DNA of 43,721 nt from Chloroflexota bacterium (GTDB taxonomy: Bacteria; Chloroflexota; Anaerolineae; Anaerolineales; RBG-16-64-43), in NCBI GenBank assembly GCA_026389925.1, contig JAPLGX010000184.1:1-43721 (forward strand), given 5' to 3'. The position numbers and the translations under genes are program-made. Shown piece by piece: positions 36,546-43,721 of the stretch (within the stretch, counting starts at the first letter, position 1; each line of letters opens with the position of its first letter). Under the pieces are notes generated by a model, which worked only from the letters and a program-made list of their open reading frames with translations, was not told the origin of the DNA and searched no databases.

Positions 36546-38405
36546 ATGGACCTCTCGCCTCACCTCACCAGCATCCTCGACACGCTGCCTCACAAGCCCG
36601 GCTGCTACCTGATGAAGGATGCAGCCGCCAAAGTGGTCTACGTCGGCAAAGCGGTGAACCTGCGCAGCCGAGTGCGCTCGTACTTCCACGCCGCGGCCGA
36701 GGCCACGCCCAAGACCACGCAGCTTGTGCGCGCGATCGCGGATATCGAATGGATCGTGGTCGCGTCGGAACTTGAGGCGCTCATCCTCGAGATGAATCTG
36801 ATCAAGCGCTACCGGCCCAAGTACAACGTGCGCCTGAAGGACGACAAGCGCTACCCGTACATCAAGGTGCACTGGGCCGACCCCTTCCCCAAAGTGAGCG
36901 TGACGCGGCAAATGGTGCAGGACGGCAGTCGCTACTTCGGCCCGTACACGAGCGTGTGGGCGGTGCATCAGACGCTCGACGTGCTGCGCAAGATCTTCCC
37001 CCACCTCACCTGCGACCGTGTGATCACCGGCCAAGACCGGCGCGCATGTTTGTGGAACGACCTGCACCTGTGCAGCGCGCCGTGCATCGGCGCGATTGCG
37101 CAGGCGGAATACCGGGCGACGATCGACGACTTGTGCCGCTTCTTGCAGGGCGAGACCGAAGTGGTGGTGACGCGCCTCAAACAGGAGATGGCCAGCGCCT
37201 CGGCAGAGGAGCGCTATGAGAAGGCAGGCGCGCTGCGCGACCAGCTACAGGCGATCGACAGAGTCGTCGAAAAGCAGAAGATCATCTCCAACGAGCGAAT
37301 GGATTCGGATGTGATCGCCCTGGCGCGCGCCAACGGCGATGCGTGCGTGCAGGTGTTCCTCATCCGCAACGGGCGGCTGATCGGCCGCGAGTATTTCGTG
37401 CTGGAGGGGACGCAGCACACCGACGAAGCAGAGGTCATGCGCCAGTTCCTGACCCAGTTCTACGACGAGAGCGCGCACATTCCTCCGCAGGTGTTGCTGC
37501 CCACCGAGGTGGAAGAGGCACGCATCATCGAGGAGTGGCTGCGCAGCCGGCGCGGCGGGGAAAAGACCGAGCTGGTGGTGCCGCACTCCGGGGTCGGACG
37601 TGAACTCCTGGACATGGCGGCCGAGAACGCCAGCGAGACGTTGACCGCCCTGCGCGCACAGTGGGCGGCAGACCGCAGCCGCCAGGTGGAAGCCCTGGCC
37701 GAACTTCAACGCGCGCTGGGGCTCGCCGCGCCGCCCGCGCGCATCGAGTGCTACGACATCTCCAACCTGCAAGGGACAGCCATCACCGCCAGCATGGTGG
37801 TGTTCGAGCAGGGCGCACCGCGCAAGGCGCATTACCGGCGCTTCCTCATCCGCAGCGTCGAGGGCCAGGACGATTTTGCCAGCCTGCGCGAGGTGCTCGC
37901 GCGGCGCGTCGCGCGCTGGCGGGATATGACCGGCGAGGCGCTGCCGGTCGGGCGCAAGCCGGATGCATCGTTCTCGATGCTGCCGGACCTGCTGCTCGTG
38001 GACGGCGGCAAAGGCCAGCTGGCCCAGGCGGCCGCGGTGCTCGAAGAGCACGGCCTGAGCCAGCGCGTGGCGCTGGCAGCGCTCGCCAAACAGCACGAGG
38101 AAATCTTCCGCCCGGGGCAGGCCGAGTCTCTCCTCCTGCCACGCAATTCGCAGGCGCTGTACTTGGTGCAGCGCATTCGCGATGAGGCCCATCGCTTCGC
38201 GATCAGCCATCATCGCGAGGTACGCACGCGGATCGGGCTGGCTTCGCAGCTGGATGCCATCCCCGGGATCGGCCCGGCCAAGCGCAAGGCGCTGCTCGCG
38301 GCCTTCGGCGACCTGGGCGGGATTCGCGCCGCCTCGCTGGCCGAACTGGCCGCGCTGCCGGGCATCACCGAGAAGTTGGCCGTGACCATCAAGGAACGTC
38401 TATAA
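36546..38405 (+). CDS. uvrC: Excinuclease ABC subunit C
   Basis: The GIY-YIG N-terminus is PGCYLMKDAAAKVVYVGKAVNLRSRVRSY. Also has the UVR domain (EERYEKAGALRDQLQAI), the central endonuclease V-like part, and the C-terminal (HhH)2 IPGIGPAKRKALL. Confidence 0.95.
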   Translation: MDLSPHLTSILDTLPHKPGCYLMKDAAAKVVYVGKAVNLRSRVRSYFHAAAEATPKTTQLVRAIADIEWIVVASELEALILEMNLIKRYRPKYNVRLKDDKRYPYIKVHWADPFPKVSVTRQMVQDGSRYFGPYTSVWAVHQTLDVLRKIFPHLTCDRVITGQDRRACLWNDLHLCSAPCIGAIAQAEYRATIDDLCRFLQGETEVVVTRLKQEMASASAEERYEKAGALRDQLQAIDRVVEKQKIISNERMDSDVIALARANGDACVQVFLIRNGRLIGREYFVLEGTQHTDEAEVMRQFLTQFYDESAHIPPQVLLPTEVEEARIIEEWLRSRRGGEKTELVVPHSGVGRELLDMAAENASETLTALRAQWAADRSRQVEALAELQRALGLAAPPARIECYDISNLQGTAITASMVVFEQGAPRKAHYRRFLIRSVEGQDDFASLREVLARRVARWRDMTGEALPVGRKPDASFSMLPDLLLVDGGKGQLAQAAAVLEEHGLSQRVALAALAKQHEEIFRPGQAESLLLPRNSQALYLVQRIRDEAHRFAISHHREVRTRIGLASQLDAIPGIGPAKRKALLAAFGDLGGIRAASLAELAALPGITEKLAVTIKERL

Positions 38406-38473
38406 TCCAAACGTGGGGTAGCCGCACAGGACGGCGGCGCCGCGGAACATGACCGCAGGCAACGGAGAAGCGC

Positions 38474-38590
38474 ATGACCAAGGGCAAGGAGACGCGCGAA
38501 GCACGCCGCCGGCGCGTGCAAAACATCGTCGTGGCCGTGATCGGGCTGCTGGTGATTCTCACCATGCTGATCACCACACTCCGTCTGTGA
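38474..38590 (+). CDS. Candidate 38-aa single-TM peptide
   Basis: Hand translation gives MTKGKETREARRRRVQNIVVAVIGLLVILTMLITTLRL*. GGAGAA lies 4 nt before the ATG. It is below the ORF-track length cut-off. Confidence 0.35.
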   Translation: MTKGKETREARRRRVQNIVVAVIGLLVILTMLITTLRL

Positions 38591-38801
38591 CGGATGATTC
38601 GTTGGACGTTCAAACCAAACAGAGAGGGCTTGCGAGCCAACTCCTGCCAACCTCGCATCGCGCCATGTTCGTTCGGGGTAGCCAGCCAACCGGGGACGCC
38701 GCAGCCTCCTCTGCTCAGCGAGTGCGTGCGCGGGAGCAAGTGTATTTAGGGCCGTTTGGACTCCGTGTGGTGAGATCCTCCAACCAGGGAGAGACGCAAA
38801 C

Positions 38802-40166
38802 TTGATTGCCGCGCAGCCACGAGGGGATGTTTTGCCGATCACGAGGACCCAGCAGTGGTGGGAAGCCGGAGCTGGCATTCTGACGGCGTTGGCACAGTTG
38901 CCGATCATTGTGCTTGTCGCCTTGGACACAGGCCGCTTCTACTATTTGGGAGATGCAGCGAAGTACTCGAGTCTGGCAGTGAACATTCTCGAGCATCATG
39001 TCTTTTCTCGCAGCGTCGCCCCCCCATTTGAGCCCGACATACTCCTCACACCGGGGTATCCTGCGTTTGTGGCGGCCATCTTCGCCCTCAGCGTACGCAG
39101 CGAAATCGCGGTTGTGATCATCCAAGCCCTTCTCCGTGGACTGACCGCTTGGTTGCTCGTCAGACTGGGCTGGCGGCTTTTCGCCTCGCGTTCGGTGGGC
39201 CTGGCCGCCGGTTGGGCCTACGTCTTCGCAGCTGTGCCCTATTTGTTCGTCGGTGTGCTTTCTCCCGAGACTCTGTTTACCACTTTGCTCATGGGCGCCT
39301 TGGTCTTGTTCGCGTCGCGGCCAGCCCACTTGAACTTAATCACCGCAGGGCTCCTGGCGGGCTTGGGGGTGTTGACGCGCCCAATCGGCCTAGTCGCGAT
39401 GTGGGGACTGCCGTTGGTGGAGCTGTGCCGGTCTAAGCTCTCTCGGGCAGTCCCGAGGGTCGCAATCCTGTTCGGCGTAGCTGGCCTGGTGGTCGCCCCA
39501 TGGCTTCTGCGGAATCAGCGTCTTCTCAATATGCCCGTTCTAACAAGCGTGGGGTCGTACAACCTTCTCAACTATGTCGCTGCCTCGACGCTCGCACGTG
39601 CGGAGGGGACTACCTTCGTTGCTGCCCAGGAGCAGGTTAACGCCATCTACCGTGAATATGGCGACCAGCACGGGCCGCCCCTCAACGCGGCCCAAGCTTC
39701 GCAAGTTCGACAAGAGGTGGGCATGGAGATCCTTCTTGCTCATCCATTGGAGGCTCTCACCTCGGTTCTTGTGGACAGTCTCAATACCCTTCGGCCAGGC
39801 GTCAGCTACACCGCCTTGTTTCTCTGGCCTGGAAGCCTCCCAACGCGCCCCGCGACAAGCGAGGACTTTTCCCCTGCCTGGGGCCTGACCACGCGCGGCC
39901 CGCTACTGGTTCTGACCGTCTTTCTCACTCTGTTCTATGCAATACTTTTCTTGCTCAGCGGGATCGGGTTCGTCATGTGCCTCCGCGCAAGGAACTGGTT
40001 TGCCATTCTGGTGATCGTGCCGGTGGTCCTGGCCCTTGTCGTGGCTCCAGGCGTGGCCGGGAATGCGCGCTTCCGCGTCCCGTTTGAGCCGCTTCTCTTC
40101 CTTCTCGCAGCATTGGCGGGCACTGCTACTGCCAGGCGCCTGGTCGCAGCCAGGGCTCGGCGATGA
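38802..40166 (+). CDS. GT39/GT83-like (ArnT/PMT-type) membrane glycosyltransferase
   Basis: Polytopic N-terminal two thirds with DAAKY.., LLTPGYPAFVA and GLGVLTRPIG motifs typical of dolichyl/undecaprenyl-phosphate-sugar-dependent transferases. Starts at TTG and is visibly more AT-rich than its neighbours. Confidence 0.6.
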   Translation: MIAAQPRGDVLPITRTQQWWEAGAGILTALAQLPIIVLVALDTGRFYYLGDAAKYSSLAVNILEHHVFSRSVAPPFEPDILLTPGYPAFVAAIFALSVRSEIAVVIIQALLRGLTAWLLVRLGWRLFASRSVGLAAGWAYVFAAVPYLFVGVLSPETLFTTLLMGALVLFASRPAHLNLITAGLLAGLGVLTRPIGLVAMWGLPLVELCRSKLSRAVPRVAILFGVAGLVVAPWLLRNQRLLNMPVLTSVGSYNLLNYVAASTLARAEGTTFVAAQEQVNAIYREYGDQHGPPLNAAQASQVRQEVGMEILLAHPLEALTSVLVDSLNTLRPGVSYTALFLWPGSLPTRPATSEDFSPAWGLTTRGPLLVLTVFLTLFYAILFLLSGIGFVMCLRARNWFAILVIVPVVLALVVAPGVAGNARFRVPFEPLLFLLAALAGTATARRLVAARARR

Positions 40167-40217
40167 TGGCGGCGTGGATGTACTGGCGAAGCAGGCGCTG
40201 ACCTGCTCCGCGCGCTT

Positions 40218-40246
40218 TTGACAACCGGCGGAGCATCTCTTACAAT
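40218..40246 (+). promoter_or_regulatory. Near-consensus sigma-70-type promoter (TTGACA-17-TACAAT)
   Basis: TTGACA is at 40218-40223, with a 17-nt spacer, then TACAAT at 40241-40246. It lies about 78 nt upstream of ATG 40324. Confidence 0.6.
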
Positions 40247-40323
40247 TCGGTGCGGCCCTTTCCTGCGCGCCGCAAGGCGCGCAGTCGCTCGACACCCCCC
40301 TAGGCCGGAGGCAAGATCATCTC

Positions 40324-42399
40324 ATGAAGGAATATGCTGCCGACAAGATCCGCAACGTGGCATTGGTCGGCCATGGCGGTTCCGGTAAGACCTCCCTGGT
40401 GGAGGCGCTGTTGCATGTGGCCGGACTCACCACCCGCATGGGACGCATTGAAGACGGAAACACGGTGTCCGACTTCGATGAAGAAGAAACCCGCCGCCGC
40501 ATCTCCCTCTACACCTCGGTCATTCCCATCGAGTTTCAAGAGAACAAGATCAATTTCCTCGACACGCCAGGGTTTCCGGATTTCGTGGGCGAGGTCAAGT
40601 CGGCGCTGCACGTGGCGGACGCCGCCATCGTGCTGGTCGACTCGGTGGCCGGTGTGGAGGTAGGCACCGAGCTGACCTGGCAATACTGCGACGAGTACAA
40701 GCTGCCGCGCTTCGTGCTGATCGCCAAGATGGATCGCGAAAACGCGAACTTCCAGCAGGCTTTGGCCTCGGCCCAGGGGCTGACCACGGCCAAGCTCGTG
40801 CCGGTGCAGCTGCCGTGGGGCGAGAAGCAGAGCTTGAAGGGCGTGATCGACCTCTTGGCGATGAAGGCCCGCCCCGGCGCCGGCAAGGAGACGGCCGAGA
40901 TTCCCGCCGAACTCAAAGCGGCGGCGGAGGAGGCGCGGGTGGCGCTGGTGGAAGCCACGGCCGAGGGCGAGGATGCTCTGCTCGAGAAGTACCTGAGCGG
41001 GCAGGAGCTTTCGGGCGAAGAAGTCGCGCGAGGCTTCCGCAAAGCGGTGCTGGCCGGCACTTTTATCCCGGTGTTCGTCGCGGCCTCGACCGCCGGCACC
41101 GGCCTCGAGCCAATCCTGCGCGCCGTGCCGCAGCTCTTTCCATCGCCCGCCGAAGTGGCGCCGCGCGCGGCGCAAGGCAAATCGGGTGAGGAGCTATTGC
41201 CCGCCGCCGACAGCGGCCCGCTGGCCGCCTTTGTATGGAAGACGACGGCCGACCCCTTCGTGGGACGTATGAGCTACTTCCGGGTCCATTCGGGCATGGT
41301 CCGCTCCGACAGCCGAGCGTGGAATTCGAAAAAGAGCGTCGAGGAGCGCGTCGGCACGCTGCACATCCCGCGCGGCAAGGAGCAGATCGCCATCGCCGCG
41401 GTGCATGCCGGCGATATCGCCTCCGTGGCCAAGCTCTCGACAACCGCCACCGGCGACACGTTGTGCGATAGGGCGCATCCGCTCAACTTCCCCCTGCCCA
41501 GCTTCCCGCAGGCGTTGTATTCGGTGGCCGTCAGCCCGAAGACTCAGGCCGATGCGGCCAAGATTTCGCCGACTCTCACCCGCCTGTGCGAAGAGGACAT
41601 GACTCTCTCGTGGCACAACGAGCCGTCCACCACACAGACCATCCTGCAGGGCATGGGCGATCAGCACATCGACGTGGCCATCCGCCGCGCCGAGGCCAAG
41701 TTCCAGGTGGGCCTGGCGGTGGAGGTGCCGCGCGTGCCGTACCGTGAAACCATTACGAAATCGAATTCGGCGCAGTACCGTCACAAGAAGCAAACCGGCG
41801 GTGCCGGTCAATTTGGCGAGGTGCACATGCGCATCGAGCCGCTGGCCGAGGGCGATTTCGAATTCGAGAACGAGGTCGTCGGCGGCGCAATCTCAAACTC
41901 GTACATGCCCGCCATCGAGAAGGGCGTGCGCAGCGTGATGCAGCGCGGGGTGATTGCCGGCTTCCCGGTGGGGGCGGTGAAGGTCGCCATCACCGACGGC
42001 AAGGAGCATCCGGTCGATTCCAAGCCGATTGCCTTTGAGGTGGCGGGGCGCGAGGCCTTCAAGTTGGCCGTGCAGGGCGCCGGACCGGTGCTGCTCGAGC
42101 CGATCATGAACGTGCGCGTGGTGGTGCCCGAGGCCAACATGGGCGACGTGATGGGCGACCTGAACACGCGCCGCGCACGGGTGCAGGGCATGGAGAGCGA
42201 GCGCGGCAAGAGTATCATCACCGCCGCCGTGCCGCTGGCCGAGATGCAGCGCTACGCAACCGATCTGCGCTCGATCACCGGCGGGCACGGCTTCTTCTCG
42301 ATGGAGTTCTCGCACTATGAGCACGTGCCGTCGCACGTGGCTCAGACGGTCATCGCCGCGCGCCAGAAGGAACTGACCGGCGAGGAAAGCGAAGAATGA
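40324..42399 (+). CDS. Elongation factor G paralogue (EF-G2-like)
   Basis: Five-domain EF-G architecture with divergent G motifs: G1 VGHGGSGKTS, G3 DTPGFPDF and G4 AKMD (instead of NKxD). This resembles the EF-G-2 class known from Thermus. It is not in an str operon context. Confidence 0.8.
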   Translation: MKEYAADKIRNVALVGHGGSGKTSLVEALLHVAGLTTRMGRIEDGNTVSDFDEEETRRRISLYTSVIPIEFQENKINFLDTPGFPDFVGEVKSALHVADAAIVLVDSVAGVEVGTELTWQYCDEYKLPRFVLIAKMDRENANFQQALASAQGLTTAKLVPVQLPWGEKQSLKGVIDLLAMKARPGAGKETAEIPAELKAAAEEARVALVEATAEGEDALLEKYLSGQELSGEEVARGFRKAVLAGTFIPVFVAASTAGTGLEPILRAVPQLFPSPAEVAPRAAQGKSGEELLPAADSGPLAAFVWKTTADPFVGRMSYFRVHSGMVRSDSRAWNSKKSVEERVGTLHIPRGKEQIAIAAVHAGDIASVAKLSTTATGDTLCDRAHPLNFPLPSFPQALYSVAVSPKTQADAAKISPTLTRLCEEDMTLSWHNEPSTTQTILQGMGDQHIDVAIRRAEAKFQVGLAVEVPRVPYRETITKSNSAQYRHKKQTGGAGQFGEVHMRIEPLAEGDFEFENEVVGGAISNSYMPAIEKGVRSVMQRGVIAGFPVGAVKVAITDGKEHPVDSKPIAFEVAGREAFKLAVQGAGPVLLEPIMNVRVVVPEANMGDVMGDLNTRRARVQGMESERGKSIITAAVPLAEMQRYATDLRSITGGHGFFSMEFSHYEHVPSHVAQTVIAARQKELTGEESEE

Positions 42400-42623
42400 C
42401 CAGCCCCGAGCTCAACGCCTGAGCAGGGACCAGCTAGCTTGGCGGTCGCCATTGGCTGTGGACCTGCGTCCGACCCGACCAAGTGCGCGCCCTAGAAGAC
42501 TCACGCTCCGAGATGATTGCGGGGAAAAAAGCATTCACTCTCCGCATTGCCCGGTGAGTGCGCTATCTCGGCTGGCGCCGACAGCGCACCCCTTCTCCCC
42601 ATTGGCTTGTAGGTGCCCACTCC

Positions 42624-43319
42624 ATGAAGGCCTCCATAATCATCCCGGTGTTCAATGAGGAACGCACAATCGGCGAGGTGATCGATCGCGTGATTGCGGT
42701 CGATTTTGGCGAGGTTGAGAAGGAAATCGTGGTAGCCGACGATGGATCGACGGACCAAACCCATGCCATCGCCAAGGCACGTGCCCATCGTCATCCAGAG
42801 TTGATACGCATGGCAACGGCGCCCAGCAATACTGGAAAGGGCGCGGCAATTCGAATGGGGCTGGCTCGCGCAACCGGCGACATCCTGGTACTGCAAGATG
42901 CCGATCTCGAACTCGACCCGGCGGATCTTCCCTTGGTGCTCGAGCCGATAGTAAACAGGAAGTACGACGTGGTGTATGGCTCCCGATTCCTACGGCACGT
43001 CTCCCATGTCCCCCCGACAACTCGCTTAGCCAATGGATTTCTCAGTCTTCTCACCAATCTGATGTTTGGCTCGCATCTCACGGACATGGAAACGGCCTAC
43101 AAGGCCTTTCGGCGCGAGACATTGGAGGGCGTGACGCTGGAGAGCGACGGATTCGAGATTGAGCCAGAGATCACAGCCAAGTTCCTGCGTCGCCGCATCC
43201 CCATTTTCGAAGTCCCCATTCGTTACGTACCCCGGACGACCGGGCAGGGGAAGAAGATACGCTGGTTCGATGGGCTCAAAGCAATCGGAGCGTTGGTGCG
43301 CTATCGTATCGCAGCCTAG
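42624..43319 (+). CDS. GT2-family glycosyltransferase (polyprenyl-phosphate sugar synthase-like)
   Basis: Contains MKASIIIPVFNEERTIGEVI, VVADDGSTD, LQDADLE and VYGSRF. Confidence 0.8.
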   Translation: MKASIIIPVFNEERTIGEVIDRVIAVDFGEVEKEIVVADDGSTDQTHAIAKARAHRHPELIRMATAPSNTGKGAAIRMGLARATGDILVLQDADLELDPADLPLVLEPIVNRKYDVVYGSRFLRHVSHVPPTTRLANGFLSLLTNLMFGSHLTDMETAYKAFRRETLEGVTLESDGFEIEPEITAKFLRRRIPIFEVPIRYVPRTTGQGKKIRWFDGLKAIGALVRYRIAA

Positions 43320-43581
43320 TTGTACGCCGTACCATCGGCATGTAGCCAGGTCCGCCACCACGCCGCCCCAATCCACAGGATGGATTGAGCGGAACGCCGT
43401 CCGGCGAACAATGGGCAGCTCATGTCTGTTTGGTCAGACAACCCCCCTCACCTCTCGGCGCCCGACCGGGCACAAGAAGCCACCCCCATCGCATGTTTTC
43501 GCGTTCCGCGCTCAGAAGCATGGGCTGCCGTGCCGACTCGTGGAGTAGAATGGCCCTCCTCGCCTCTCCACGAGGGATTCC

Positions 43582-43721
43582 ATGAGCGATGACGTGCCCC
43601 AGATCAGCGACGCCTCCATCCCCGAGATGGCCGTGCGCAAGGTGGATCCGGCGCGTGAACCGCCGGCGCCGCGCCGGGCTATGGCGATCCATGCTCACCC
43701 GGACGACCAGGAATTCACCAT
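43582..43721 (+). CDS. PIG-L/LmbE-family deacetylase, N-terminal part (runs off the window)
   Basis: Hand translation gives MSDDVPQISDASIPEMAVRKVDPAREPPAPRRAMAIHAHPDDQEFT. AHPDD(Q/E)E is the family's metal-binding motif. GAGGGA lies before the ATG. Confidence 0.6.
   Translation, partial: MSDDVPQISDASIPEMAVRKVDPAREPPAPRRAMAIHAHPDDQEFT

Overview
This is a high-GC bacterial chromosomal window. Gene content and repeat families resemble Chloroflexota-like Terrabacteria, but that is inference only. It is mostly housekeeping and envelope genes: typA, a fused etfB-etfA, a GPH sugar symporter, an ADP-forming acyl-CoA synthetase, psuK-psuG, ogt, an EamA transporter, ftsY-prfB (the prfB +1 frameshift site is visible), a DsbA-like oxidoreductase, rdgB, smc, uvrC, an EF-G2-like paralogue, and GT39/GT2 glycosyltransferases with a PIG-L deacetylase start. 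I recognised no rRNA, tRNA or CRISPR array, and no recognisable defence or other novel multi-gene system. The strongest signal is an unusual density of broken genes. These include an in-frame TAG in typA, a tandem TGA-TGA in a methyltransferase, a multiply frameshifted IS transposase with 14-bp inverted repeats, and fragments of nirK, comM and a PP2C phosphatase. There are also three small genes with one or two frameshifts and a convergent gene pair that has lost both stop codons. All long essential-type genes are intact. Other points are two small repeat families (a REP-like hairpin array and a ~150-bp MITE-like element with GTCATTGC/GCAATGAC ends), leaderless-type promoter geometry at the ftsY/dsbA divergent pair, and a secreted tail-fibre-like protein paired with a small GTIGQPDAG-repeat protein. 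All family calls come from motif reading by eye. No database search was run.
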